From Eledone cirrhosa (Eukaryota): a stretch of 64,000 nucleotides of DNA. Location: NCBI GenBank assembly GCA_964016885.1, contig OZ024751.1, positions 49,166,001-49,230,000 on the forward strand. The letters run 5' to 3'. The first letter of the stretch is position 1, and each line of letters starts with the position of its first letter. The notes beneath the pieces were generated by a model. The model made no database searches and had not been told where the DNA came from. It saw nothing but the letters and a program-made list of their open reading frames with translations. This document shows, piece by piece, positions 42,408-59,627 of the stretch. The position numbers and the translations under genes are program-made.

Positions 42408-43319
42408 AGAGAGAGAGAGAGAAAGAATTACATATATCTGAATACAGGGCTTTTTTGTGTTTTGTGTGAATTTGTATGAAACGATTTGTCATGCACTTTG
42501 CTACATTGACCCACATCTCAGAACTGTCACCGAGATTTTTCAAGCTTTCATATTTTTCTCATGCTGAAATCTATTTCATTTATTTTTCTTCTTTTTGTTT
42601 TTATTCAACATTAAACATTTTTGCGAGAATCAGTATGAAGTGTCGCAAAATCGAGACTTTTTATTGGAAGTATTACATGCTTGTATCAGAGGTGGGTGAT
42701 ATAAAGAAACATGTAATATCAGAAAGAGTGAGAGAGAAAATGATACGGTGAATGAGAGAAATGGGAAAATTTGAACTAGATTTGACAAAGATATGATAAA
42801 AGAAAAAAGAAAAATTTGAATTGCATTTCGTGTGAAATTTAATGGAACAGAGGACTGATTGAATATGGAAACCAGCTGAATGTATGAGAGGAAACAGGGA
42901 GTGTGAATAAAAAAGACAGGGACATGTTAGTAGTGAGCTAACCTTCAAATATTCTTGGATTATTTTAGTGAATTTGAAGAAGTTGAAATCTTAAAATGCC
43001 AACCAGATTAGTGCCAGTATCTGTTCGTTAGGTTTATAATGGTTAGCTTGTCTCATTTAATAATACTTTCAGGAGAGCAAACGGGGTAGACATACCGTTA
43101 GTTGTTCGACACATGCCATGCACGTCACAATACAGTGTCATACTGCAATATTACAGGTAACAGTAGAAAACCAAATCCTCGATATAATGATTCACTGTAA
43201 AAAAACGACCGTAAATCAAACAAACAAGACAGGAAAAAAGGCAGAGTTCCTGATCCTATACCATGACTAAGCTCGAGGGAGATAGAGAAAGAGAAAGAAG
43301 AATTGACAGAGTGACAGGC

Positions 43320-43490
43320 AGAGTAAATGAACTTGAGGGAAAGAGAGACGGAGACAGAATGACTGAACTTGAAGGAGAGAGGAAGACGGAGACAGAATGA
43401 CTGAACTTGAAGGAGAGAGGAAGCCGGAGACTGAGTGACTGAACTTGAAGGAGAGAGGAAGACGGAGACAGAGTGACTGAACTTGAAAGT
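43320..43490. repeat. 38-bp minisatellite (~4.5 copies)
   Basis: gactgaacttga at 43361, 43399, 43437 and 43475. Confidence 0.9.
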
Positions 43491-44842
43491 GATTGAAGTG
43501 GGAGCGTGAGAGATAGAAAGAGATTAAATGAGTTTGGTAAAAGATATAATGAAATGTTTTCAAAGCCTATAAAGAAATAATTCAGAATGAAGAGAAATAT
43601 TTCTTTTTAAATTAGACAACATTCTTTCTCATTTAGTTGTCATGTGATATGAAAGGTATTGAAAATAAAACTTTTGTTTTCAGTTTTTCAAAATTATAAA
43701 AATGAAAGATGGGTACATTCATAATAAGAGAGGATTATGGCAAAGATATAGATAGCGGGTGACATATAGAGAAAGAGAAAGAAAGAGAGAGAGAATGAAA
43801 AAGAAGCGAGAGATAGAAGAGAGAAGAAATCTAAAGTCCAAAAATCAACTAAACACATTCGTTTTAAAGTTCATTCGTTGTGAAAGTAGACAGATTAAAA
43901 GTATACATCTTTGATTCACCAGTCAAATGTCAAATATTTATTAGCAATATGAATTTTATTTTTATTTTTTGTGAGTGTGTTTTTACGTTTTTCGGGGTTT
44001 AATTTCGTGAATTGAACTGTTTCAGCTTTGACAGCTGGAAGGGGCTCTTTACGTCCAACAAATTAACTAGTAATTATCACACTATTTCCTGGAATAAAGG
44101 GGCTATAATGTAGTGAATTGCCAGAGTCGTTACAGCGTCGGTATATATTCCAGCTCGCTAAGTTCAACTTCCTCAAATTTTAGTTAGGATTTTTATCTTT
44201 TCGTGTTCGATAAATACAATTTTAATACTGTGATCGAATCCTCCTCTCTAATCCTTTTTCTCGATTTCGTTTTCTCAATTGTTTTCACTCTCTCTCACCC
44301 ACTCCCTCCCTCGCTTTCGCTCTTTTTTTCTCTATCTCTCTCTCGCTCTCTCTCTATATTTCTCAATATATTTTTCTCTTTCTATCTATGGTTGTATTCC
44401 TACCTCGAGAGCAATGAACGTTGAGTTTAAAGTGCAAAAACACGTCGTGTGTCCGGATGGGGCACCTATGATTCATCATGAGTCAATGATCCATAATGAA
44501 ATAGATAATACATATATTTTCACGTACAAACACGCACACATATGCTTACACAAACTCACAAACTCATACTTAGTTGAAAGCATCAAGCATACTTATTAAA
44601 CTGAGTAGAAACTGCTGAAATGATCAAGAATGGTGACGCATATATAAATTCATATATTTCTATATGTAACTCTCACTCAGTAAATTTGTAGATAAATTTA
44701 GAGACTTTTAGTATATAGACATGTAGACGTGGCAGATATCCGCATTAGCATGTAAATTGTAAAAAAAAAATGTTATGTATGCAAGATAAATATGCGCGTG
44801 TGTGTGAGTTTATATACATACATATAAATATATATACACACA

Positions 44843-44892
<50 letters not shown>

Positions 44893-44961
44893 CACACAAC
44901 ATAAAAATATGAATAGCTATCTCCCCTTACTGCAAAAATAACTACCAATCATGATGTTGCT

Positions 44962-44968
44962 ATTATTA

Positions 44969-44999
<31 letters not shown>

Positions 45000-45005
45000 A
45001 ATAAC

Positions 45006-45073
<68 letters not shown>

Positions 45074-45103
45074 CAGTAGTAGTAGTAGTAATAGTAGTAG
45101 TAG
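44962..45103. repeat. (ATT)n + (TAG)n microsatellites
   Basis: Directly visible; a similar (CTA)n array lies at 16388-16446. Confidence 0.95.
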
Positions 45104-45222
45104 TTTTAATAGTTTGGCAGATATAATTTGAGCCTCTCTATCTATGTCTTTCTTTCTCTCACTCTCTCTCCACGTATATAAATACACACACACACACACA
45201 CGTACATTCACGTACATTCACG

Positions 45223-45300
<78 letters not shown>

Positions 45301-45792
45301 CCGTTTTATAAAATGTCGTTAAACGAATTGCTATTCCTGTTGTTGTTGATTTATATTTTCCAAGAAATTTAATAATTAGAAAAAAAATACATAAATAAAT
45401 AAATAAATAAATGATATTAACAAAGTATACTAAAACAAAATGGCGAATCTTTCTTTCAAAGACTTGACGATTTTAAGGGAGATGAATTAAACGAGTGCTA
45501 TGAGATTCTTTTAAAGGGATATCATCTATATGTGAAAGTGTATGGGCATACATTTATATGTTGTTATCGCAGAGATAAGAGGCAGTGGAGTGTGAGAGAG
45601 ATATGGAGGAAGAAATTGATAGAGAAGCGAGGGAGAGAGGTAGAGAGAGAGAGAAAGAGAATAAATGTGAGGAAATTTGTAAAAGAAATCATATATATAT
45701 ATATATATATATTTATCATTCATGCATATATGTGAGTGCGGTTATGTGTTGATCTCTCCCTCCCTCTCTCCATATATGTATATATCTATCTA

Positions 45793-45867
<75 letters not shown>

Positions 45868-45960
45868 ATATATATATGTATATATATATATGTATATATA
45901 TATGTATATATATATATGTATATATATATATGTATATATATATATGTATATATATATATG

Positions 45961-46021
<61 letters not shown>

Positions 46022-46101
46022 GTATATATGTATATATATATATATATACATGTATATATATATATATATATACATGTATATATATATATATATGTATATA
46101 C

Positions 46102-46134
<33 letters not shown>

Positions 46135-46154
46135 AATGTATATATGTATATATA

Positions 46155-46247
<93 letters not shown>

Positions 46248-46415
46248 TTTGTGGGCTAATGGTCGTTTTCCTTCCTTTCAATGAAATTTTGTTTTCTTAC
46301 TTTAATCTTTTTAAACGAACGATAATTCATTGCAATTTTTGGAATATCTCTACTTAAGCATTTGAATAGCAAATGCCATTTATAATGCTCGTCATATATA
46401 CAATATTTAGTGTAT

Positions 46416-46560
<145 letters not shown>

Positions 46561-46613
46561 TAACTCATATGCATATATATATATACATGCACACACACCG
46601 ACACACATATGTT

Positions 46614-46715
<102 letters not shown>

Positions 46716-49700
46716 CGTGTGTATATAGAAATATATGTATGTATCTATAAATATGTGTATGTAAATATAAATACGCATATAAAATGTGAAGTAGTAGCAC
46801 CCATGTAATGTGTGCTATTTAATTTAGTGCAAGATCGGTTATTTATTTCTTTTGTAAAAATAGATAACAAAAATAAAAAAAAAACACACAATACCACTCA
46901 CCCCACTCTGGAAAAAAACAGCGAAAGATTAAAACATGTTTCTATGAAAATATCAAACAAAGCACTATATAAACGACTACTGCCTTTTGGGTAATAGATG
47001 CTATATTCGCTCACCCGGTAATGTGCATAGGAATCTGTATAAAATACTCGTGTTTCAGTGGGTATTCAGTGATTAACTCGCTTATCGCCGAATTAATCTT
47101 GACTAATTTTCTAGAATAGGGAAAAAACATAATAATATTAATAAATAAATAGATATAGAAGCAGAATTATCAAACAAGATTCAACGTTGTATAATGGCAG
47201 CAATATAACAACAACAATAACAACAACAACAGCAGCAACACTAATACATTAATCAAATTCTATAGTGATCATGTATGTTAATGCTGTCACTTACAAATGA
47301 AGAGTGGTGTTAGAAGTGTTCTGTGTGTGTTGAAAATGTCGGAAAATGGAAGTATAATGATGCTATTTTGTAATGAATTTTATCAGGATGTTTTTACTGA
47401 CAATCTTAAAAACTGTTGTAGAAGTATTTCTAGCAGGTATTAAAATGACAAAATAACCTCGTTAAGTTTCAGCGATATTTCCCACTCAATCTACATTAGG
47501 AATTGAATTTTTTTCTCCATCATATTTTTTCTTCTTATTTTCGCATGATTTTTAAGTACAGGTAATGCTCTGACCAGGTGAGTTCGCAACTCGGATTTCA
47601 TTTGGAGTTTCCGCTATTTCGTTTCAATTACATCACTAATAAATTCCAGGAAAAGATAATCATGATCATTTTATATGAAAGCTGGGGTCTTCGACCGTGG
47701 AGTTTATTTTCGGTTTGTCTTTTTGTTTATCCAAGTCAATATTTATTTTTAAACTATGTTTGCACTGTATGTGAAAACATGTTAAAATTAAGTATTCTAT
47801 ATGATCAGAACAAGTTATGATTAATTAGATCACATATCTTTCAGCTATGAAGGAAAGTATATATTTCTGGAGGATCAAGTTAATCCCAACTTGGTCCAGG
47901 GGTCACCCAGATTTATACGTTCATATAATCCTAGTTATATATCATTTATGCATTAGTTTCACCATGGTGAGAGGGGGAACGACGTTGAGCCCTAATCCGT
48001 TTGCTAACAGAAACACATGTGAACATTTTGATCAGAATAACATAAACGTTTCGCCTGTGCTTTTCAAATCTGGGATTTTGTTGAGGCTATAGAATGGAAT
48101 TTTATTTGAATGGAATTTTATAGGTTTCAGAATGGTTAACAACTTATTTGTTGAGCCGCATGCAAATCCATGTATATTTCATGAAGAATTGAGGAGTGTT
48201 AAAATGCACAGCATTAAATTTGAGTATGCTATTCGGAATAATATCCAAGTCTTTCGTCGATTTACGCCGTTTCCTCTCAGAGTAGGAAGTCATGGAAGAC
48301 GCATTCAACATCCAAAATCTTAACACATTATGTCAAATTATGTCAAGAGATAAGCGTTGAAGATAGTTTCAACAAAATTATTTATACTAAATATACTGAT
48401 ACTCTATAATGAATAGACACGTTTAATTTAGAAAGTAATTATCAATTTGTAAGGTTTAGTTCTATACACACAGTAACAGATTATAATTGTCGAATTGTTA
48501 GTTTTCTAGTTTTCTCTAACAACAATGCTTCTGTATTTTCCATACAATTTCATTAAATCTTTCGATAACTGTGTAAGGTATTGCTGTTCAGTGACAACAA
48601 AACTGCACGTTTGAAACAGCCGTCGTTTCCTTTCTCATCATGCCAAATATTTTCTATGTAGACGATGTTTTGTCTGTGAATGTATTGTCCCAATTAAATC
48701 TATTTTATTAAAACCGTCTAGAATAAAATTAGTTGCACTCTATCAGAGTTGACCTGCAGCTACTAAAACAAACCATCTTAGTAAATCAATGACTTATTTT
48801 ATTGGATTTTAAAAATAATATTGTCTAGAATTAATATTAAAATAGTTCAACAGAACATCTACTAAAACAATATTTTATTCATTAAAACTTTATTCAATGC
48901 TAAATGATTAAAACATATTATAAGGTCAAACAATCAGTGACCTGCAGCGTGGTTAAGATACACCAATGTATCAGAAAGAGATTTCGTGTTTATTGTAATC
49001 AATCGGTATCATTACTATTATAGATGAGCTTAGAAATAGTAATGACATTGATACACATTTACATCGATTTTTGCCGGATAAAAATAAAATGTGTATATAT
49101 TCCATTTAACTATCTAAGAGGTATGCAGCTTTATTTCTTGGGCGAACAACCTAGAAAAAATAACAACCAAATACCTCTTAAATAATATTCACTAATCTTT
49201 AAAAAAAAACAGTGGTACAGTGGTTCATGTAGTGATGATGGCTGGAATACAGTTAAACATAAGTGTATTACCCCAGAGTCGATTTGGGGTTGAGCAACGA
49301 CTAAATAACAGGTTTTTGCATATATGTGTTAAACATATAAATCCAATAGAGCGTGTAGAGTTGACGAGCCTCCATAAACGTTACTGTTCAGACGAATTCT
49401 CGAACATATTCAATAGCAGAAGTTTTATCAGTTATTCTTCTCCTCTTTCAAACACTATATTTTCTTGTTTGCTGAATTCTTATTTTTCTGATACTAACTT
49501 AGAATCTGTTTTGCAATTTTTCCCATAGAATATGCATTTTGTATATTTAGTCTGCCTTCTCAACAACATGTTTGTTTCCAATCTAGATGAGATATGTTCT
49601 GTGTGGCTGCAAATTAAATATTGATCTGTTATATTTTAAAGACTGAATAGCCTAAATTATTAATTTGCTTCTTTAAATTTGTTTAAGTCGCGATATTAAA

Positions 49701-51719
49701 TCAATTATCCAAATTGCTTTAAGGAATTTGGCACTGATATGAATAGAAGATGAAAAGTTTTATCCTTGTAAGAAAACAGGCCACTCACGATGGTGGACTT
49801 ATTTGCAAGTCCTTGCCACTACAGATCTATCAGACCACCAAGCGAATATGTGTATAAAACTATCTTAGGCCATACATATAAGTTCAATATTATTATATTC
49901 TCCTCGCCGAAAGTTGCCATTGATTATGACTTACAAGTTGTATTCAGTTAGCTTTATAAAAGGAGATAAAACTGAATTTACAAACATTCATTGTGGCCGC
50001 CCTTCTTTTACTGAATGTTGGTTATATATTTTGTAGATCCGGCTCCTCCCTGGGTATTCAAAATGACAATGAGTTTTGTGATTTTCAATGTTGGCAAACC
50101 TGAAATAGAGAACTAATACTCACCAGGGTCAACCCCATTTAATCTCCATTCCTTCTTTTGGACAGTGGGTCCCCTCTTTTAAAATCAATAACATAACCTT
50201 CGCTTAGTATATTTGATACCTATTTTTGTCATGTATACACTGGCTTGTATTCCGTTTAAACATGGCTGAGGATAACCTTAATCAAATTAACTAGTCGACG
50301 TGGGCGTGCAAAACACATGGACACTGTATTTTCCTTTTATTTAAATTAATTTATGAAAATTACAATGGAGAATGTCAGTCAATAATAAATTGGTTCCCTG
50401 GAGCATGATATATACTATGATTTACGGTAGAAAATATTATTCATCCTGCCATATGTAGCAGCGTCTTATCCACGCGGGATAATATTTCTCTTAAACGTAT
50501 TTCAACTGGTACTAACCACGTCACTTCCCTCAGAGTTGGCATCGATTTAGAAAATATTTAAAGGTGACTAAAAATTTCTGTTTTTCCTTTCGTCTACATC
50601 TTAAAGCTAGAATAGTTCAAGAGATAAGAGAAACGTCTTTTGATAAAACAATAATACAATTCTATAACAAAAGACAAAAGCAAAATTAAAACAGAAATTG
50701 AAACGACTCAAAATGTAAATTAAAAAAGAAAATATGTTGTAATAAATGATATTTCTAAAACAAAAATATGAACAACTAAATAAATTATATCGTAATACAT
50801 TTTTTTGTAAAACAAAATAATTCTAACTCGTAATAATATTTTCTGTGTGGGTGATTGTGCGCTGGGTTATGAATGAATGTATTTGTATGCGTGTTTAAAT
50901 GTGTGTGTATGTTTGTGTGTTCATTTCTATAATTTATGAATCTAATCAAACACTAGCTGTCGTGTGAAAAATATTAATTGAAACAACGTAATGATTAGAG
51001 ATAGAGGGAGGTAGAGGTAGAGGGAGATATAGATCGAGAAAGAGAGAGAGGGAGATAGAGGGGAAGAGACAGGCTTTCATCTATCGACTAAAGTTCTAGC
51101 AGACATGATCTGCCAATGTAAACAGCAACCAAACCAACTAAACACACGAGTGAATAGGAAATACTATTATGCGACAAAAAGAATTATCCGTCCGTCTGTC
51201 CGCTTAATTGGAGCAAGGTTTTTTTTTTACTGTTCAGTCAAGTGAGGAATGACAGTTCCCGCGACCTATTTTCAGGATCTCCTACACCGGTGGAATGAAA
51301 GAAATATGGTATCATGAAATCAAAGATCTAGCCCAAATCCGTGCTTGCATCAGTGTAATCTCCCATAACTTCAAGTTTATGTGGGTGTTTTAAACTGAAT
51401 GATGGATGTACGAAAAACTGAAAATAAGAAAGAAACAATGAAATGGTTGCATGGAATTAGACAAGAAACGTGTAGAAAAACAAGAGAAAATCATTTAATA
51501 ATTTCCCTAAAATATCTAAAAAACAGTTTGTTAATTCAAATGTTTATAGTATCTTATAGTGCAGCCTGCTGTGAAAAATACCACTTTCACAGTAAATTTA
51601 TTAATTGTTTAGGCAGTCATATCTTCTAACTGTTGAATATACATATTTGTTGACTAACTCTTAACATCGTGAAATGATTTCGGAGAAAATATCTAAAGAC
51701 GGGCTGGTTAATTTTAGTA

Positions 51720-52450
51720 TCTTTACTGTGAATATTAGCAGCTTTAAAGTTATTTTTTATGCGGTCCAGTACTATTGGTAATTTTAAAGTTATCTGCAAG
51801 GCGGTATGGTTCTATTGGCAGGTTTAACATTATTTTTAAAGCGGTCCACTACTATTAGCAGTTTTAAAGTTATCTTTAATGCGGTGCAGTATTATTGGCA
51901 GGTTTAAAGTTATTTTTAATGCGGTCCAGTACTATTAGCAGTTTTAAAGTTATCTTTAATGCGGTGCAGTATTATTGGCAGGTTTAAAGTTATTTTTAAT
52001 GCGGTCCAGTACTATTAACAGTTTTAAAGTTATCTTTAATGCGGTGCAGTATTATTGGCAGGTTTAAAGTTATTTTTAATGCGGTCCAGTACTATTAACA
52101 GTTTTAAAGTTATCTTTAATGCGGTGCAGTATTATTGGCAGGTTTAAAGTTATTTTTAATGCGGTCCAGTACTATTAGCAGTTTTAAAGTTATCTTTAAT
52201 GCGGTGCAGTATTATTGGCAGGTTTAAAGTTATTTTTAATGCGGTCCAGTACTATTAACAGTTTTAAAGTTATCTTTAATGCGGTGCAGTATTATTGGCA
52301 GGTTTAAAGTTATTTTTAATGCGGTCCAGTACTATTAACAGTTTTAAAGTTATCTTTAATGCGGTGCAGTATTATTGGCAGGTTTAAAGTTATTTTTAAT
52401 GCGGCGGTCCATTACTATTAGCAGTTTTAAAGTTGGTTTTAATGCAGTAC
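51720..52450. repeat. 40-bp minisatellite with 80-bp dimeric higher-order unit
   Basis: gcggtccagtactatta.. and gcggtgcagtattattgg.. alternate at 51921, 51961, 52001 and onward. Confidence 0.95.
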
Positions 52451-52648
52451 AGGACTAGTTATGTTTTGAACATTTCAAGAATCTCTTACTATTTATGTTT
52501 TCTATATACGTAGAGGACGATAAGGGTGATAACTTTATACCATTGATAAGAGAATTACATATATTTTGTAATTAGAAAAACAAAAGTAGAGGCTGTGTGA
52601 GTGGATGTTGAATGAAGACAAATTCCTGTATGTATGCATATATATATA

Positions 52649-52722
<74 letters not shown>

Positions 52723-52817
52723 TATATATAGTGTCAACTGGAACGGGAACAAAAACAGAGAGGCTATGTATATATATATATATATACATACACGCATATA
52801 TATATATATATACATAG

Positions 52818-52915
<98 letters not shown>

Positions 52916-53433
52916 ATGAGTACGTATAGATAGATGTACATGCACACATACATATAAATAGGTATCTTAATAAATTATCTAATGTGAAATATTGAATTTG
53001 TAATTGTATATGACCTGTGAACACACATTTGACGTTTTGTACGTACGTGTGTATGCGCTGTTCTGTTTATGTGAAGGTATTTATCCCTATGTGTGATTGT
53101 ATCCGTATATATGTTTTTGTGACTCTTGTTATATGGTATATAATAATTACCGACCTTCAGAAGGAAATTTAGCAGATGTTAACAGTTACGTTCTTCTCCC
53201 TTGAGAAATCTTGAAAATACGGGAAGAAAGAAAGAATCTGCTTTTCGTCAAATTCTCTCCGTTAAAACCAATATTTTCTAATTAGCTGCCATTGCTTTCG
53301 AAACTTTCAGCATGTTAGATTAACTTTAGGCTTTATAAACACGAGTGCATATATACATATTTATTCTCGCTATCTCTATCAAATATATATATATGACTAC
53401 ATTTACATTGATCAATATATAAGTGTACATGCA

Positions 53434-53499
<66 letters not shown>

Positions 53500-53669
53500 T
53501 ATATATCCTTGCGTATTTGTTTTTATATATATATATATGGAAATTATATATATATATAATGAAAATTATTTGAAAGATATCAAACAGACCAAAGCATACG
53601 ATAACATATTAATGCATATATATATATACATAAACACACATGCAAGGATATATATATATATATACATAC

Positions 53670-53708
<39 letters not shown>

Positions 53709-53720
53709 TAGATATAGATA

Positions 53721-55600
<1,880 letters not shown>

Positions 55601-55611
55601 GTTCTTTGTGG

Positions 55612-55800
55612 TTTATTTTTATTTTATTTTTATTTTCATTTTTATTTTTATTTTTATTTTTATTTTTATTTTTATTTTTATTTTTATTTTTATTTTTATT
55701 TTTATTTTTATTTTTATTTTTATTTTTATTTTTATTCTTTTAGTATTGTAGTATTCTATAATATTTTTATTTTTTATTTTATTTTTTTATTTTATTTTTA
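55612..55800. repeat. (TTTTTA)n hexamer array
   Basis: Directly visible. Confidence 0.95.
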
Positions 55801-56394
55801 ATATTTTTATATGTAAATTTTTAATACGTAATATTTTTTAATACGTAGTATTTTAATATGCAATATTTTTATTATGTAATATTCTTTCGTAATATATTTT
55901 TTTTAGTTTTCTATTCTATATTTTTATATATTTTTACTTATTATTATTATTATTGTTATCTTTGTTTATAATATAATATATATTTTCGATTAGTATATTG
56001 AAATCTGCTCTCTATTTCTGCTTGATAGATAATCTTGTAGAGTAATCGCAAGAATAATAATACGCTCAAATTTTTATACCACACTGAGAATGTTTTCCGG
56101 TAACTAAAAGTTTGCAGAGTGAATCAGTTGGATTCACATTGATGTTTGTAGCTGTCACATAAACATATGAATTTTTTAAAACTAAACATAAGATAATGAA
56201 TTTTCACACATTGTGAATACTTGTTTCATTCAGGAATACTGATATTTACAATATAGTGTAAGTTTTATAAATACTAAAACATTAAAACATAGGGTTTTCT
56301 ACGCCTCGAATATGTCTGGCTATTTTTAAATTTTTTTCTCTCTATATATCTCTCTATATCTCTCTATATATCTCCCTTACATTAATACTTGAGC

Positions 56395-56433
<39 letters not shown>

Positions 56434-56932
56434 ATGTATCATTGATACACTTACTCAAAATGACCTCCCACTACCTAATTTTCTATATATATATATGTAT
56501 CTATCTCTATTTCCTCTCTCTCTATATATATATATATCTTTCTGTCTCTTTACATGAAGCTCTTCGCTTTATCTATTTTTCCATCTACATACGACTTCCC
56601 CTGAAACTTAATCTTCGAAATAGTTTGAATAACTACACTCGTGTCTTCATGTTTACCACCTGAAAATAGTTCTTCACGTTATGTTTCGTTTCTTACTTGG
56701 GTCAATATTGCTGTCTTCCGGGCTTTGTCTCAGTCTATCATTCTATCCTTTGATCAGTTCCTAACGCCTAAAGAGTCTCTTCCCATTATACCAGACGATA
56801 ATATAACATATATCAACACTATATTTTACTCTTCTCTTGTGCTTTTCATCGTCATTTTTCTGATGGGTAAACATACACACACACACAGACACACATACAC
56901 ACACATGTATGTATATATATATATATATATAA

Positions 56933-57028
<96 letters not shown>

Positions 57029-57060
57029 TATATATATATATATACATACATACATATTTA

Positions 57061-57092
<32 letters not shown>

Positions 57093-57110
57093 CACACACA
57101 CATATATATG

Positions 57111-57226
<116 letters not shown>

Positions 57227-57288
57227 GTGTGTGTGTATATATATATATTAAATATATATATATACATACATATATATAATATATAAAT

Positions 57289-57319
<31 letters not shown>

Positions 57320-57321
<2 letters not shown>

Positions 57322-57511
57322 CAAAGGAATTGTGATAAGGAACCAGATGGACCATAACGCACCAGAGTTCTCAATACTTAGGGTAGTAGAGTGGGAAATA
57401 GGAAAAGGTATGACCCCGACGGCAGAGCCCAAGCCTTTGCAACGGCTATTACTGGAGTCCAGAAATAGCCGTCGCAACGGCTTGAGCTCTGCCGTCGAGG
57501 TCATACTTTTT

Positions 57512-57515
<4 letters not shown>
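57320..57515. mobile_element. Family B fold-back element in (TA)n
   Basis: Hairpin centred on ctgga-g-tccag (~57457). Confidence 0.88.
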
Positions 57516-57570
<55 letters not shown>

Positions 57571-57938
57571 GGTTATAGTGTTATACACTTATATAGATAC
57601 ATGTAATCATGGAGTAGATAATGAATAAACAGTCAGGCTTCGTAGGAGTGGTGCTCTCTATGATATTTCGTTGGAAATATACCATAACTCATATAACAGC
57701 GATATTGCAATGAAAACACAGGGCACAGCTGATGCTTATACGAAAATGAGTAATGGTATATTGCTTATAGATATGACAGAATTGATATTTGAAGTCATAG
57801 AATGTTCGATTATATATACATGTAGTTGTCTTTCAGCTCAGATTCAGATGTATAAGTTAGGTATGCCTGATCAAATATATAAATTATGCTGTGGATACAC
57901 TATCATTGGTAGGTGTGCATACACAAGCTCAAAAATAA

Positions 57939-58010
<72 letters not shown>

Positions 58011-58011
58011 G

Positions 58012-58044
<33 letters not shown>

Positions 58045-58195
58045 CTCTCTCTCTCTCTCCCTTTCTCTCTCTCTCTCGCTCCCTCATTCTCTCATTCTCT
58101 CACTTTATGTATGTATATACACACACACGCATATATATATATATACAAAATCCCACAGACAAGAAGAGATAAACAAAATCGCAAGTGTATGCATA

Positions 58196-58294
<99 letters not shown>

Positions 58295-58553
58295 ACGTAT
58301 ATGCGTGTCTATGTGTGCCAGCTTTTGGTCGTTAGGTTTTCACAAATACATCAGACATCTGTTACTCCAAATCTAGTGATATTGCCATAGCCAGGCTTTA
58401 TATATATATATATATATATATTTCTATAACATAGATAGCTATATATATATATCTATCTATCTATATATATATATATATATATACATTTATATCGCTATCT
58501 TATTATAGAAATATATATATGTCTGTATATATATATATATATATATGTCTGTG

Positions 58554-58632
<79 letters not shown>

Positions 58633-58964
58633 CGGGACCTTGAAAGAAACAAATGACTTATTACATTCACTGATCTTACTACTGATCCTCAAGGATCATC
58701 CGTGCTCTCAGTTCACCAGATCGCTGTGAAATACATATATCACTGAGGTATGGAGAGACATGCATAATATATGGAACATGTGAGGAAAATGCCATCTCTT
58801 ACCTTGCATCTATCTCACTGATTGTATGATTATTGCCAGTTATGATTTAATGGCAGCCGCCTTTCGAAAGAAATAGCCAACGAGAGGAATATATATATAT
58901 ATATACATGTATACATATATATACAAATATATATTTGTGTGCGTGTGTTTGTGTGTACGTGTAC

Positions 58965-59038
<74 letters not shown>

Positions 59039-59404
59039 TGGCCATACGTAGCTGTTGCTGTACTTGTTATTTTTTTTACTTTTTCTTCTTTTTTCCACAA
59101 GTTAAACTTGATTCAGTATACATATGTTGGACTTCAGTCGTTTGCGACGAGGACTGATGTTGCAGTTATTAAAATATAAAAAAAACGAGGACTGAATGCT
59201 CGTTAAATTAACATGTGAATGGCTAGGTATTCCATAGACACGTGCACAGAGACTTAGCTGAAAGAATGTTTGAGAAGACTGACCCTTTAAATTACAAGTG
59301 CAACTCATTCTTGCTAGTTGAGTGGACAAAACATAATGTATCTTGCTCGAGGACACAAGGCTTTGCTGGGATTCAAAATCATCTTATTAATACAGGCGGA
59401 ACAA

Positions 59405-59627
59405 TGGCGGTAAAGTGGAAGAATTGGTAGAGTGTCAAACACTCTGCTTCGCAGCATAGTTGCGTCCCTTTCTTTATGTTCTGAGTTTAATTCCCGCCGA
59501 GGTTAACTTTGCTTTTCATCCTTACGTGGTCGATAAAATAAAGCACCAGAAATGCACTGGGGTCGATTTAATCGATTTTCCCCTCCCCCCAAATTGCTGG
59601 TCTTGTGCCTATAGTAGAAACCATTAT
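59405..59627 (+). mobile_element. SINE family A copy (another, more diverged copy at 60358-60550)
   Basis: ctgagtttaattcccgccgaggttaactttgcttttcatccttacgtggtcgataaaataaag. Confidence 0.85.

Noticed and set aside
47000-51700. Host exons in the repeat-poor block (ORFs 47847..48092, 48144..48326, 49220..49528; splice-like motifs near 47577 and 50100-50125)
   Set aside because: No recognisable domain or consistent exon frame. KDLDIIPNSILKFN may be a decayed LINE remnant but is too weak to call.
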